Positions 30,117 through 40,999 of a stretch of 64,000 bases of DNA are shown one piece after another. Positions within the stretch are counted from its first letter, which is position 1, and each line of letters starts with the position of its first letter. The DNA is from an uncultured Gemmatimonadaceae bacterium. Lineage in GTDB: Bacteria > Gemmatimonadota > Gemmatimonadetes > Gemmatimonadales > Gemmatimonadaceae. Both the position numbers and the translations under genes were made by a program. Below the pieces are notes generated by a model. It searched no databases. It was not told the DNA's origin and worked only from the letters and a program-made list of their open reading frames with translations. The stretch lies in assembly GCA_963761305.1 (NCBI GenBank), contig CAVXGK010000002.1:1152001-1216000 (forward strand), read 5' to 3'.

Positions 30117-30914
30117 CTACCCCCGGTCGCGCGGCGCATTCGCGCGGAGTGGGACGAGCGCCGGCGCGCCGACCAGCGGATCGTGCGTGACGGTGAGGGG
30201 CCACTCGTACACGCGCTCGAGGATGTCGGGCCGCATGACGTCGGTCGGCGTCCCTTCGGCCGCGACCGTGCCGCGCTGCAGCAGCACCATGCGGTCGGCG
30301 AAGCGCGCGACGAGGTTCAACTGGTGGCTCACGAGCAGCACCGCTTGTCCCGCGCCGGCGAGGCGATGCAGCAGCTCGAACACGGCCATCTCGTGCGCCA
30401 CGTCGAGAAAAGCGGTCGGCTCGTCGAGGACGAGCGCTGCCCCGCCCTGCGCGAGTGCGCGGGCGAGACGCACGCGCTGCCACTCGCCGCCGGAGAGCGC
30501 GTCGATGCGGCGCGTCGTGAGCGATTCGACACCGGCTTCGCGGAGCGAGTCGGCGATCGCGCGATGATCCTCGGCGCCGGTGGCACGCCACACGCCGAGG
30601 TGCGGAAATCGGCCGAGTGCCACATAGTCGGCGACGGTCACGGGAAACGCGAGATCCTCGCGCTGGCTCACCACGGCGACACGCCTGGCGATGACGGGCC
30701 GCGAGAGCGACGCCAGCGAATCACCGTCGACGCTGATCGCGCCGCGCTGCACGCCGACGCGGCCGACGAGCGCGCGCACGAGCGTGCTCTTCCCGCTGCC
30801 GTTCGGGCCGACGACGGCGGTGATCGCGCCGCGGCGGGCCTCGAGCGACACGCCGGCCAGCGCGTCGACCTCGGATCGCGGATAGCGAACGGCGACGTCG
30901 TCGAAGCGAATCAC
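30117..30914 (-). CDS. Iron-chelate/cobalamin ABC transporter ATP-binding protein
   Basis: GPNGSGKST, LSGGEWQR and LDEPT; GTG start overlaps the permease stop. Confidence 0.92.
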   Translation of the reverse strand: MIRFDDVAVRYPRSEVDALAGVSLEARRGAITAVVGPNGSGKSTLVRALVGRVGVQRGAISVDGDSLASLSRPVIARRVAVVSQREDLAFPVTVADYVALGRFPHLGVWRATGAEDHRAIADSLREAGVESLTTRRIDALSGGEWQRVRLARALAQGGAALVLDEPTAFLDVAHEMAVFELLHRLAGAGQAVLLVSHQLNLVARFADRMVLLQRGTVAAEGTPTDVMRPDILERVYEWPLTVTHDPLVGAPALVPLRANAPRDRG

Positions 30915-31876
30915 GTGAGTCGCCTGAGCTTGAGCAAAAAGAACGGCACGCCGACGAGCGCCGTCACCGCGCCGAGCGGCAGCTCGGCCGGCGGACGCAG
31001 CACGCGGGCGAGAAGATCCGCGATGACGACGAGCGTCGCACCGTTCAATGCGCTGCCGAGGAGCAGCGATCGGTGTCGTCGCAATCCGGTCGCGCGCGCA
31101 ATGTGAGGCACGACGAGTCCCACGAAGCCCACGAGTCCCGCCGCGGCCACCGTCGCCGCCGTGACCAGCGACGCGATCAACAACACCCGGCGCATCGACG
31201 CGTCGACGTCGAGCCCGAGGCCCGCCGCGGCTTCCTCGCCAAGAGAGAGAACGTCGATCTCGCGGCCGAGGAGAACGAGCGCGGCGCCGCCGACGCCGAC
31301 GTAGATCGCGAGCACGAGGATCTGCGACCACGTGCCCTCCGACGCCGAACCCATCATCCACCACAGCGAATTGCGCACGATGTTCGGCTCGGCGTTCGCC
31401 AGCACGACCATGATCGCCGCGTTGGCGAACGCGCCGACGACGACGCCCGCCATGAGAAGAATCTTCGGGTCGCCGCGCGCACCGGCGGCGCGAGCAACCA
31501 TGAACGCCGCGACCACGGCGATGATCGCGCCGACAAACGCGGCGAGCGGCACGAAAGCGGCCGCGAGCCCGGCGCTCACCGCGAGGACCGCGCCGACGGC
31601 TGCGCCGCCCGACACGCCGAGGAGGTACGGTTCGGCGAGCGGATTGCGCATCACGCCTTGCAGCGCGCCGCCGGACATGCCGAGTCCCGCGCCGACGAGC
31701 GCCGCGAGCACGACGCGCGGCAGTCGAAGCCCGCGCACGATGAACGACGCGTCGCCGATGCCGCGCAGTCCGTCCCACACCTGTGAAGGCGAGAGACGAA
31801 TGGTGCCGATGGCAAGACCCAGAACTCCGGCGACGATCAGCGCTGCGACGAGGACCGCCCAGCGAGACGCGCGCAT
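30911..31876 (-). CDS. FecCD/BtuC-family ABC permease
   Basis: LRLPRV, RNPLAEPYLLGVS and GFVGLVVPH. Confidence 0.93.
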   Translation of the reverse strand: MRASRWAVLVAALIVAGVLGLAIGTIRLSPSQVWDGLRGIGDASFIVRGLRLPRVVLAALVGAGLGMSGGALQGVMRNPLAEPYLLGVSGGAAVGAVLAVSAGLAAAFVPLAAFVGAIIAVVAAFMVARAAGARGDPKILLMAGVVVGAFANAAIMVVLANAEPNIVRNSLWWMMGSASEGTWSQILVLAIYVGVGGAALVLLGREIDVLSLGEEAAAGLGLDVDASMRRVLLIASLVTAATVAAAGLVGFVGLVVPHIARATGLRRHRSLLLGSALNGATLVVIADLLARVLRPPAELPLGAVTALVGVPFFLLKLRRLT

Positions 31877-31879
31877 TCG

Positions 31880-32776
31880 CTAACGAACCGCGCCCGGATG
31901 CAACAGGTCAGCGAGTGAACGCGCCGCGGCGCCGAGCGTGACGGACGGACGTCCGACGAGCGTCGTGTCGTACACGAGCACGTGGTTCTGCCGAACAGCG
32001 GCCACCGCGCGCCACTTGGGATCGCTATGGAGCGATGGCGTGGCGGCGGGGCTCGTCAACACGTAGTCGGGATTTCGTTTCGCCACGTCCTCGAGGGTCA
32101 CGACGGCGGATGGAGTCGCGATGTCTTCATATATGTTCCGCGCGCCCGAGATTCCGAGCAACTGGCTGAGGAAGCTTCCGCCGCCGATGGCGATGAGCGG
32201 GCGATCCCACGTCGGAATGAAGACAGTCGGATGCGGCAGGTCCTTGGTGGCGGCTTGCACGAGCGCGAGAGTCTCGGAGACCGAATCGACCAGCGCGTAA
32301 GCCGCCGCCGAATCGCCGGTCAGCCGGCCGAGGAGTCGCGTGTCGCGCTCGAACTGCGCGATGCTGTCGATCTTGAGCGAGAGTGTGCGCACGCCGCCCT
32401 GGCGGAATCGCTGCGCGGCGTCGCGGTTGTCGTTGCCGGCGTAGAGAATCACCAAATCGGGATGGACCGCCAGCACGGCTTCGATGTTCGGGCGAATCGA
32501 CACACCGACGTCGGTCACGGCGCGCGCGGCGTCGGGAAACACGTCGTACGTCGAGCGGCCGGCGAGGCGATTCCCGGCGCCGATGGCGAAGAGGATTTCC
32601 GTCGTCGTCGGGTTGAGCGAGACGATGCGTGCCGGCCGGTGCGCTGCGTCGACGACGATCGTGTCGCCGAAGTCGTCGCGTTCGGCGGTGATCGCGGCGC
32701 GAGCGGACGGCGCGGAGCCGCCGCAGGCGAGCGTGACGACGAGGACCAGCAGTGGAGGCCAGTGCGTGCGGTGCAT
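31880..32776 (-). CDS. BtuF-like substrate-binding lipoprotein
   Basis: Lipobox TLAC; DDFGD...PARIVSLNPTTTEILFAIG. Confidence 0.88.
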   Translation of the reverse strand: MHRTHWPPLLVLVVTLACGGSAPSARAAITAERDDFGDTIVVDAAHRPARIVSLNPTTTEILFAIGAGNRLAGRSTYDVFPDAARAVTDVGVSIRPNIEAVLAVHPDLVILYAGNDNRDAAQRFRQGGVRTLSLKIDSIAQFERDTRLLGRLTGDSAAAYALVDSVSETLALVQAATKDLPHPTVFIPTWDRPLIAIGGGSFLSQLLGISGARNIYEDIATPSAVVTLEDVAKRNPDYVLTSPAATPSLHSDPKWRAVAAVRQNHVLVYDTTLVGRPSVTLGAAARSLADLLHPGAVR

Positions 32777-32786
32777 TCGCTGTGAG

Positions 32787-33932
32787 CTAGCGCGTGCCGC
32801 GTTCATCGGCCAGCGCGTCGGCCAACTGTCGTTTGAGATCGGCGCGGAGGGCATCGTACGTCTTGCGCTCGGCTTCGGTATGCGTCGCGTGCCTCTCGAA
32901 CGCTTCGTCCATTTCGGCGATCTGGCGCGCGAGCAGCGCTGACTGCGTCACGTCCGCGACCGGCGGCGCGCTCGGGCGAGCAGACGCCGGGCGGAGCGAA
33001 CGTCTTGTGGCGAACAACAGCGCGACGAGCATCGCCACGGCGATCGCGACGCCGACGCCGAGGTCGACGCGTTGAGGCGCAGGCCCGCCGGGAGCCGGCA
33101 CGTCGATCCGCACGACCGCTTTCGCGTCGAGATCCTCGGCGAGAAAACGCCGGAACGTGCGGCCCTCGGCGTTCACCGGCGGCACCTCGCGAATATGCGG
33201 CGCGGCAACGCGCGCACGCGGGTCCTCGACCATGATCTCGAGCAGGCCGGTCGGGCGTTCGATCGGCACGACGAGCGGAAACGCGCTCGTCGGCAAGTCG
33301 TACGAGAACGCGACCTGCCGAAAGCCCGGGCTCAACGGCGCGTAGAGTCCCACCACGCCGCCACGAAAGGTCATGGCGCCCGCGGCGATCGTTCCACCGG
33401 CATTCGTCCGCGCGCCCTGCGCCGCGGCGGGAATGTGCGCGGACCACAAGGGCGACACGCTGTCGCGCGACACCAGCGTGACCGTGCTGTCGTTTTGAAG
33501 ATCATAAACTTCGCCGACTGGCCGCGTGCCGCCGGGGCCGGGCGCCGCGACGATGATGTGCCGGCCGCCGACTTCAATCGACACCGGGCCGGACGTCGTG
33601 TCGAACACGACGAGGCGCGCGTCGTCGCCGGAGGCGTTCGCCACACGGAGCGGCGCCGTGAAGTACGCGATGCCTTCGTACTGCGTCGACGTGAAGTACA
33701 GCGCCGACGTGTCGCCGCTCGCTCGGTATCGTATCGCGTACGCGCCGCTCGCGGACGTGCGGACCGAGTCGAGCGGACCGGAATGATCGGGACCGACGCG
33801 ATGCAGCACGACCCACTGTCCGGCGATCGGCGCCTGGCCGGAGCGCGCGCCGCGCACGACGACGCCGTCGACTCGCCGAGCGGCGTCGCCTGGTCCCGGC
33901 CCTCCGCCCTGCGTCGGATCCGTTCCGATCAC
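32787..33932 (-). CDS. Hypothetical protein with C-terminal TM anchor and coiled coil
   Basis: Long ORF coupled (GTGA) to the upstream gene; hydrophobic GVGVAIAVAMLVALLF segment. Confidence 0.7.
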   Translation of the reverse strand: MIGTDPTQGGGPGPGDAARRVDGVVVRGARSGQAPIAGQWVVLHRVGPDHSGPLDSVRTSASGAYAIRYRASGDTSALYFTSTQYEGIAYFTAPLRVANASGDDARLVVFDTTSGPVSIEVGGRHIIVAAPGPGGTRPVGEVYDLQNDSTVTLVSRDSVSPLWSAHIPAAAQGARTNAGGTIAAGAMTFRGGVVGLYAPLSPGFRQVAFSYDLPTSAFPLVVPIERPTGLLEIMVEDPRARVAAPHIREVPPVNAEGRTFRRFLAEDLDAKAVVRIDVPAPGGPAPQRVDLGVGVAIAVAMLVALLFATRRSLRPASARPSAPPVADVTQSALLARQIAEMDEAFERHATHTEAERKTYDALRADLKRQLADALADERGTR

Positions 33933-34456
33933 GGATTGAACTTGCCGAAATCCTCAGGACGAAGCTGCTCGAGATATTCCTTGAGCTGTTCGGCGCTCAA
34001 CTCCGTCGAATCGCGTGCGCCGGATTCACTGGGCAAGCTGAACGACTCGCCGCCCTCGTCTTCCTCTTCCGCGGCGACGAGCAGCGTGTCGGACGCATAG
34101 ATCGGCGCGTCGAGCCGCAATGCGATGGCGATCGCGTCGGACGGACGCGAATCGACGCGCAGCGACTTGCCGTCGCGATCGAGGTGCAGCTCGCCGAAGT
34201 ACGTGTTGCTCTCGACCTTGGTGATTTGCACGCGGCGCAGCTCAGAACCGGTCGCGAGAATGATCGATTTGCAGAGGTCGTGCGTGAGCGGCCGACTTCG
34301 CTTCATGTTGTGCATCTGCATGACGATCGACTCGGCCTCGACCTGTCCGATCCAGATCGGCAGCATGCGCCCGCCGCCCTTCTCCTGGAGGACGACCACG
34401 TACGACTGATTGCCCGGGTCGACGCCGAGCTTGGACACCACCACTTCGATCATCAT
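33929..34456 (-). CDS. Bifunctional nuclease family protein (DUF151)
   Basis: LPIWIG..EA, RPLTHDL and DSRPSDAIAIALR. Confidence 0.92.
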   Translation of the reverse strand: MMIEVVVSKLGVDPGNQSYVVVLQEKGGGRMLPIWIGQVEAESIVMQMHNMKRSRPLTHDLCKSIILATGSELRRVQITKVESNTYFGELHLDRDGKSLRVDSRPSDAIAIALRLDAPIYASDTLLVAAEEEDEGGESFSLPSESGARDSTELSAEQLKEYLEQLRPEDFGKFNP

Positions 34457-34481
34457 CTCTCAGGCAAGATACTCAGTCGAA

Positions 34482-35654
34482 TCAGCGAACGGCGCGGGCC
34501 AGTCTAGCGGCGCGATCGGTTCGTTCCCATGTGAAAAGCGTGCGGGCTGAACGTCCGCGCCCGACACGCTCCGGCGTGCGGCCGAAGTGTCCGTACGCCG
34601 ACGTGGCGCTGTAGATCGGCTTCCGCAGATCGAGGGCGGCCATGATTCCGCGCGGCGTGAGGTCGAATTCGTCCTCGACGGCGCGCATGATTTTACTTTC
34701 CGGCACGCTGGACGTTCCGAACGTGTCGACGGCCACCGAAACGGGCTTCGCCACGCCGATCGCGTAAGCGAGCTGGACTTCGCAGCGCTTGGCGAGACCC
34801 GCCGCTACGATGTTCTTGGCGACCCATCGCGCGGCGTAGCACGCGGAACGATCGACCTTGGACGGGTCCTTGCCGCTGAACGCGCCGCCGCCGTGCCGGC
34901 CCATCCCGCCATACGTATCGACGATGATCTTGCGGCCGGTGAGACCCGCGTCGCCTTGCGGTCCGCCGATCACGAAGCGGCCGGTCGGATTGATATGATA
35001 GGTGATCTTGCCACTGCGCAGCTCCTTGGGAATCGCGGGCTCGATCACCTGCTCGATGATCGCCTTGCGAATCTCGCGCGCCGAAACGTGGGGCGCGTGC
35101 TGCGTCGACACGACGACGGTGTCCACGGCGATAGGAAGATTGTCTTCGTAGGCCACGGTGACCTGGGCTTTGCCGTCGGGACGCAGCCAGGCTATGTGTC
35201 CGGACTTCCGGAGTTCGGCGAGACCGCGCGTGAGACGGTGCGCGAGAACGATCGGCATCGGCATCAGCTCGTCGGTCTCGTCGCTCGCGTAGCCGAACAT
35301 CATCCCCTGGTCGCCGGCACCGCCGGTGTCGACGCCCATCGCGATGTCGGGCGACTGACGGTCGATCGTGCTCATCACGGCGCACGTCTTCGCGTCGAAT
35401 CCGAACGAAGGATCGGTGTAGCCGATGCGGGCGATCGTCTCGCGCACGACGTCGGGCACGTGCACGTAGGTGGACGTCGTGATCTCGCCGGCGACGCAGG
35501 CGAGCCCCGTCGTGACGAGCGTTTCGCAGGCGACTCGCGCGGTGGGGTCGTCGGTGAGAATCGCATCGAGGATCGCGTCGGAGATCGCGTCGGCAACCTT
35601 GTCCGGATGCCCCTCGGTGACCGACTCGGACGTGAACAGCCGTCGATCGGACAT
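34482..35654 (-). CDS. metK: S-adenosylmethionine synthetase
   Basis: [19 protein letters not shown] and GGGAFSGKD. Confidence 0.98.
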   Translation of the reverse strand: MSDRRLFTSESVTEGHPDKVADAISDAILDAILTDDPTARVACETLVTTGLACVAGEITTSTYVHVPDVVRETIARIGYTDPSFGFDAKTCAVMSTIDRQSPDIAMGVDTGGAGDQGMMFGYASDETDELMPMPIVLAHRLTRGLAELRKSGHIAWLRPDGKAQVTVAYEDNLPIAVDTVVVSTQHAPHVSAREIRKAIIEQVIEPAIPKELRSGKITYHINPTGRFVIGGPQGDAGLTGRKIIVDTYGGMGRHGGGAFSGKDPSKVDRSACYAARWVAKNIVAAGLAKRCEVQLAYAIGVAKPVSVAVDTFGTSSVPESKIMRAVEDEFDLTPRGIMAALDLRKPIYSATSAYGHFGRTPERVGRGRSARTLFTWERTDRAARLARAVR

Positions 35655-35659
35655 CTGTC

Positions 35660-37420
35660 TCAGACGGACTCGCGAAGCGCGGCGTCGCGGCCAAGCACGA
35701 CGCCGAGCTTCTCGCGGAGGATCGCTTCCGATTCAGCGGCAGTCGACGCGGCGGCCGCGGCGGTCGCCGCTTCGTGCGCCGCGGCGACCGAGATCTTGCG
35801 CACGATCCGCTTCACGAGCGGCACTGAGCGCGGCGCCACGCTCAGTTGGCGAACGCCGAGTCCGATGAGCGCGAACGCCATGAGCGGTTGCGACGCCATC
35901 TCGCCGCAGACGGCGCTGTCGAGGAGATGCTGATCGGCGGTGAAGATCGTGCGGCGAATCAGACGCAGCACCGCCGGATGCAGCGGCGTGAATCGCGTCG
36001 CGAGATTCGCGTTGCCGCGGTCGACGGCGAGCGTGTACTGCACGAGGTCGTTCGTGCCGATGCTGAAGAACGCGACGTCGTCGACGAACGTGTTGCAGGC
36101 GATCGCCGCCGCCGGCGTCTCGATCATCACGCCGAGCGGCACGTCGCGCCGGAACTCGGCGCCGCGCGCCTCGAGCTCGGCCGCGGCGGCGTCGAGCAGC
36201 TTGCGCGCCTGGCGGACTTCGTCGACGGTGACGACGAGCGGCAGCATGATGCGGACGTCGCCGTGCACCGCGGCGCGCAACAGCGCGCGCAACTGCACGC
36301 TGAACAATTCCGGCTGGTCGAGGCACATCCGGATGGCGCGCCACCCGAGGAAGGGATTCGGCTCGCTCGGGAATCCGCCGACCGGCAGCTTGTCGCCGCC
36401 GATGTCGAACGTGCGAATGACGACCGGCTTGCCGCCGAAGGCCTCGACCACGCGCTTGTAGGCGCGATACTGCTCGTCCTCGTCGGGCATCGTCGCGCGG
36501 CCGACGACGAGAAACTCCGTGCGCATGAGACCCACGCCCTCGGCGCCGCTCGTCGCGCCGAGATCCGCCTCTTCGGGCAGATCCACGTTCGCGCGCAGCG
36601 TGATGCGGACGCCGTCGGTCGTCACCGCGTCGAGCGACGCGAGGTGGCGCAGCTCGACCTCGGCGAGCGCTTCCTGGCGAGCGCGCTCCTTGTACTGATC
36701 GATCTCGAAGTGCGTCGGGTTGATCCCGAGCAAGCCGGTCGAGCCGTCGAGAATCGCCGTCTCGTGTCCGCTCAACTGTTGCGTCGCGGTGCGCATGCCG
36801 ACGATCGCCGGCAGCCCGAGCGAGCGCGCGAGAATCGCCACGTGCGACGTCCGGGTGCCCGCGTCAGTCGCGAGGCCGGCGATCGCGTCGCGATCGAGCT
36901 GTACGGTGAGGCTCGGCGTGAGGTCGTGCGTGACGAGGATCGCGTTCGCGCCTTTCGGCAGGTCGACCGGGTCGTGGTCGGGGAGGTCGAGCAAGAGCGT
37001 GAGCACGCGGATCTCGACGTCCTTGAGATCTCCGACGCGCTCGCGCAGCATCGGATGACCGGCGCGCGCAAACCGTTCTCGCCACTCGAGCATCACGATC
37101 TCGAACGCCTTTTCGGCGGCGAGATTCTGCTTGATCAAGGCTTCGGATCCGGCGATCAGCTCGCGGTCGTCGAGGATCTCGCGTTGCACGTCGAAGATCG
37201 CCGCCTCCTGCGGGCCGGCCGTACGCTCGACGCGGTCGCGGATCGTCGCCAGGCGTTCCTTCGCTTTCGTGCGCGCTTCGTGCAGCCGGGCGATCTCACG
37301 CGGAATCGCGTCGTCGGAAATGATTCGCTGCGGCACCTCGGGCACCTCCCAGCGGAGGAGGTGCACGGTGCCGACGGCGATGCCCGGCGACGCGGGAACT
37401 CCGGTGAGCTTTCGATCCAC
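35660..37420 (-). CDS. ptsI: PTS enzyme I
   Basis: [25 protein letters not shown] and CGEMA. Confidence 0.95.
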   Translation of the reverse strand: MDRKLTGVPASPGIAVGTVHLLRWEVPEVPQRIISDDAIPREIARLHEARTKAKERLATIRDRVERTAGPQEAAIFDVQREILDDRELIAGSEALIKQNLAAEKAFEIVMLEWRERFARAGHPMLRERVGDLKDVEIRVLTLLLDLPDHDPVDLPKGANAILVTHDLTPSLTVQLDRDAIAGLATDAGTRTSHVAILARSLGLPAIVGMRTATQQLSGHETAILDGSTGLLGINPTHFEIDQYKERARQEALAEVELRHLASLDAVTTDGVRITLRANVDLPEEADLGATSGAEGVGLMRTEFLVVGRATMPDEDEQYRAYKRVVEAFGGKPVVIRTFDIGGDKLPVGGFPSEPNPFLGWRAIRMCLDQPELFSVQLRALLRAAVHGDVRIMLPLVVTVDEVRQARKLLDAAAAELEARGAEFRRDVPLGVMIETPAAAIACNTFVDDVAFFSIGTNDLVQYTLAVDRGNANLATRFTPLHPAVLRLIRRTIFTADQHLLDSAVCGEMASQPLMAFALIGLGVRQLSVAPRSVPLVKRIVRKISVAAAHEAATAAAAASTAAESEAILREKLGVVLGRDAALRESV

Positions 37421-37687
37421 TCAGCTCTCCCCGAACTTGTTGCTGACGAGGGTTGCCAGCGCGTCGAGCGCCTGCGGCGCGTCCGGTCCTTCCGCGCGGA
37501 GCGTGATGCTCGACCCGTGCTCGGCGGCCAGCATCATGACGCCCATGATGCTCTTGCCGTTCACGTCGAGATCGTCCTTCACGATCGTGATCTCGCTCTG
37601 AAACTTCGAGGCGAGCTTCACGATCTCGGCCGCGGGTCGGGCGTGCAATCCGTTGCGGTTGACGATCTGAACCGTGCGTTCGGGCAT
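37421..37687 (-). CDS. ptsH: Phosphocarrier HPr
   Basis: GLHARPAA (His15) and NGKSIMGVMML (Ser46). Confidence 0.95.
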   Translation of the reverse strand: MPERTVQIVNRNGLHARPAAEIVKLASKFQSEITIVKDDLDVNGKSIMGVMMLAAEHGSSITLRAEGPDAPQALDALATLVSNKFGES

Positions 37688-38469
37688 TAGCCGATCACCG
37701 AGACGAGGACGAAAGCAGCGAGCACGCCGAGCGAGAGCCTCCAGCCTTCGATGCGACCCTTCAGGCGGACGACGACGAGCGCGCCGAGCGCGACCGCCAC
37801 CAACACGACGCCGAGCAGATTGCGGCCTGGACCAATGATCCTGCCGAGCGATAGCGGAATCGCGATACCCGTGGCGAGCGCGGCCAACCGTCCAATCTGC
37901 TCCGGTCCACGGCGCAAGACGGGGTTCCCGAGCGCGGATGCCACCCGCAACCCGTGTTTCCAGCCCGTGCGCAGCCCCCATGCGCGCAGACTGAGGTGTC
38001 CCGCGTTGTAGACGAGCAGAAAGAATCCGACGACGACCGGGGCGCTCGCCCCCAGTCCAAAGATGGCGAGCGACGCAAGCGAGCAGAACGGAAGCCACCC
38101 CGCCCAGACCAGTCGGTCGCCGACGCTGCCGAGCGGGCCGCACAACGCCGTTCGAAACCGCTCGATCCGTTGCGGCGGTTCGCCATCGAGCTCGGCACGG
38201 GCGAGCGCGCCGACGGCGACCGACGCGAGATACGGATGCGCGTTGAAGTACTGGCTCTCGCGGGCCAGCGCCGTCTTGAAGCGATCCGAGTGAATGCCTT
38301 CGGGAAAGAGCCGCAGCGCGGGCTCGACGCAAAACCCGACGCCGTTGCCGAGCAAACTCTCATAGTTCCACGAGCCCTGGATCGCGAGCAGACGCACGAA
38401 GATCGCCAAGCGCGTCTTGAACGGCAGCTCGGCGATCGGTCCAGGCGGCGTCTGGGAGGTCGCGGTCAT
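37687..38469 (-). CDS. Mannose/fructose/sorbose-family PTS IID
   Basis: QGSWNYE, FNAHPY and GPLGSVGD. Confidence 0.9.
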   Translation of the reverse strand: MTATSQTPPGPIAELPFKTRLAIFVRLLAIQGSWNYESLLGNGVGFCVEPALRLFPEGIHSDRFKTALARESQYFNAHPYLASVAVGALARAELDGEPPQRIERFRTALCGPLGSVGDRLVWAGWLPFCSLASLAIFGLGASAPVVVGFFLLVYNAGHLSLRAWGLRTGWKHGLRVASALGNPVLRRGPEQIGRLAALATGIAIPLSLGRIIGPGRNLLGVVLVAVALGALVVVRLKGRIEGWRLSLGVLAAFVLVSVIG

Positions 38470-39149
38470 TTCGCGAACAGGATGACGAGACCGAGCGCGA
38501 GCCCGCCGACGAAAAACCAGCGCGCGCCGCGGGTCGAGTGAAACAGCTTCCACGCCGCGCCGGCGGCGACGCTCGACACCGTGGCGACGACGAGTGCGCG
38601 CGAGAGTCGCGCGTCCATCGTCCAGAGACCGATCGTCGCGTTGGCCACCGGCGAGAGAATCGCGAACGCGACGAAGGTGAGCAGCATGCCGCGCACGAGA
38701 TCCGCCGTGAGCCCCATGAGCTGGAGCGACATCACGCTGCCGCGCGCGCCGGCCTCCAGTCCCTCGCGCTTCGACCGCGCCCACACCGCGTTGAGCTGCC
38801 GGAGCTTGACCATCGTCCAGCCGCCGACCCACGTCGTGGCCAGCGCGCCGAGCATCGCGATCGTCATCGCGCCGGGCGGATGCGACGGATGCGACGCGAA
38901 GATCGCTCCGCCGACGACCGCTGCCGATCCCCACTCGGGATAGCGCGACGCGCCGAACGGCAGCGTCTCGAGCGCGACCAGCTCGAGCGCCGCGCCGATC
39001 AACAATCCGCTCGCCGGCTGTCCCACGAGCACGCCGGCGAGCGTCGCCGCGACGAGCGGGCGCGAGATCATCGCCTGCGGAAAGCTCACGACGTCCAACC
39101 CGAGGACGCCGCCGAGCAGCGCGATCGGCAGGAGCTCGACGACGCTCAC
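38466..39149 (-). CDS. Mannose-family PTS IIC
   Basis: QAMISRPLVA...GLLIGAALEL; TM helices. Confidence 0.88.
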   Translation of the reverse strand: MSVVELLPIALLGGVLGLDVVSFPQAMISRPLVAATLAGVLVGQPASGLLIGAALELVALETLPFGASRYPEWGSAAVVGGAIFASHPSHPPGAMTIAMLGALATTWVGGWTMVKLRQLNAVWARSKREGLEAGARGSVMSLQLMGLTADLVRGMLLTFVAFAILSPVANATIGLWTMDARLSRALVVATVSSVAAGAAWKLFHSTRGARWFFVGGLALGLVILFAK

Positions 39150-39631
39150 AAGTCGTGTCCATTGAGCAAGTCGTCGAGCGGAACGGAGCGCGCGCCGGGC
39201 AGGTCCTGCGCCGTGACCTTCACTCCGCGCGCCGCCAACGCGCGAAGCTCGGCGGCTTCGTCGGGCGAAAGAAACACGTAGCGAAGCTTCTGCTCTCGCC
39301 CGGGTTTCGAATGAATGCCGCCGACGTTCACCGCGCCGAGCGCGACGGTTTTGGCGAGCCGTTGCATCGTCGCGATGTCGCCGGTGAGCAGCAGGCCGGT
39401 GCGCGGATCGGAGCGATAGCTCGCGATGCGCGCCGCCGCGCCGCCGACGTCGTGAAAGTAGACGTCCATCTCGGGCGGCACACCCATGCGATACAGCTCT
39501 TGCTCCCAGTCGCTCGTCGCAACGCCGTCGTCGACGAGCACGATGAACTTGAGGCCGAGCGGCTGGCCCCAACCGACGACGACCTGCCCGTGGATCAAGC
39601 GGTCGTCGATGCGAAAGAGCTCGAGCGTCAC
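39146..39631 (-). CDS. Mannose-family PTS IIB
   Basis: RIDDRLIHGQV. Confidence 0.93.
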   Translation of the reverse strand: MTLELFRIDDRLIHGQVVVGWGQPLGLKFIVLVDDGVATSDWEQELYRMGVPPEMDVYFHDVGGAAARIASYRSDPRTGLLLTGDIATMQRLAKTVALGAVNVGGIHSKPGREQKLRYVFLSPDEAAELRALAARGVKVTAQDLPGARSVPLDDLLNGHDL

Positions 39632-40038
39632 TTCGGGGCCCCGCCGCCAACCGCGGTGATCGATGCCTTCCCCCGCTCCGCCGCGTGACGCGCCGCTTCC
39701 ACCGGCGGCACGGTGTCGGCGAAAACGAAGTCGAGCAGCGTCGGCAGGTTGACGCCGGCGACGAGCACGGCGTCGTCCATGCCGCGCAGAATCCGGCGCG
39801 ACGCCATCGTGCAGCTGCCGGCCTGGAGATCCGTGAAGATCACGCGCACGCCGGCGTCGATCATCTCCTTGCGCAGCAGCGCCTCGATGTCCTCGACGCC
39901 GAGCTGTTTCACGGAGATTGGCACCAGCAACGCGCCGCGCCCGGAGATCTGCTCGACCGCGGAGATCAACCCGGCGGCAAAATCGCCGTGACCGGCGACG
40001 ATGGCCCGAGGGCGGGAGCCGGAGACGTCGCTACTCAT
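39628..40038 (-). CDS. Mannose-family PTS IIA
   Basis: IVAGHG, FTDLQAGS and GVNLPTLL. Confidence 0.88.
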   Translation of the reverse strand: MSSDVSGSRPRAIVAGHGDFAAGLISAVEQISGRGALLVPISVKQLGVEDIEALLRKEMIDAGVRVIFTDLQAGSCTMASRRILRGMDDAVLVAGVNLPTLLDFVFADTVPPVEAARHAAERGKASITAVGGGAPK

Positions 40039-40999
40039 CGTCTTCCTGAAGATAGTGCTGGACCTCGGAGCTGCGGCGGAGCTGCTTCACCAGCCGCTCG
40101 TTGAAACGCTTGGCCGGGTCGACGCCGCTGTACTTGAGCAGGTGATTCATCGCGATGACCTCCGCGATGACGGTGATGTTCTTTCCCGGGTTGAGCGGCA
40201 CGCGCATCTTCGGCAGCTCGACGTCGAGGATGGTCGTGGTCTCGGTGTCGAGGCCGGTGCGGTCGGGCGGGTCGCCGTGGTCCCAGTGCTCGAGCTGCAC
40301 CACGACTTCGATGCGCTTCTGCTGACGCACGGCGCGCATGCCGAACAACGACGGAATGTCGATCAGCCCGACGCCGCGAATCTCCATGTGGTGCTTCTGC
40401 AGCTCGTGGCCGCGCCCGACGATGATGTTGCGCCCGCGGCGTTTCGCGATGACGAGATCGTCGGCCACAAGGCGGTGTCCGCGCTCGACGAGATCCAGCA
40501 CGCACTCGGACTTGCCGATGCCGCTCTTGCCGATGAACAGCAGCCCGACGCCGAAGACGTCGGCGAGCGACGCGTGCAGGTTGGTCGTCGGCGCGAATTC
40601 GTCTTCGAGCCACGGCTTGAGCCGGTTGTAGAACTCGTCGGTCTTGAGGTGCGAGCGAATGAGCGCCACGCCCGATGCGGCGGCGAGGTCGAGCAGATCC
40701 GGACCAGGCTCCTGCCCTTTCGTGATGAACACGCACGGAATCGGGAAGGAGAAAAACTTGCGCAGGTTCTCCTGGCGGACCGCCGGGTCCAGCGACTTGA
40801 GAAACGTGATCTCGGTCTCGCCGAACACCTGCAATCGCTGCGCGGGAAACCTCGCCGTGTAGCCGGCAAGCACGAGCCCGGGACTCGACGCGTTCGGATT
40901 CTCGATCACCCGATCGAGTCCGTCCGTTCCGTCGACGTGCTCGAGCTCGAGCGTGTCCTTGAGGCGCTCGAGCAGCCGCCCGACCGTGAGGGGCTTCAT
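40031..40999 (-). CDS. hprK: HPr(Ser) kinase/phosphorylase
   Basis: GKSGIGKSE, LVADD and HMEIRGVG; true start is MKPLTV at 40999. Confidence 0.95.
   Translation of the reverse strand: MKPLTVGRLLERLKDTLELEHVDGTDGLDRVIENPNASSPGLVLAGYTARFPAQRLQVFGETEITFLKSLDPAVRQENLRKFFSFPIPCVFITKGQEPGPDLLDLAAASGVALIRSHLKTDEFYNRLKPWLEDEFAPTTNLHASLADVFGVGLLFIGKSGIGKSECVLDLVERGHRLVADDLVIAKRRGRNIIVGRGHELQKHHMEIRGVGLIDIPSLFGMRAVRQQKRIEVVVQLEHWDHGDPPDRTGLDTETTTILDVELPKMRVPLNPGKNITVIAEVIAMNHLLKYSGVDPAKRFNERLVKQLRRSSEVQHYLQEDDE

Noticed and set aside
32776..32790. Cobalamin riboswitch upstream of the Btu-like ABC genes
   Set aside because: Only about 10 nt separate the genes, leaving no room, and no motif is present. 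The substrate (B12 versus iron chelate) remains unassigned.
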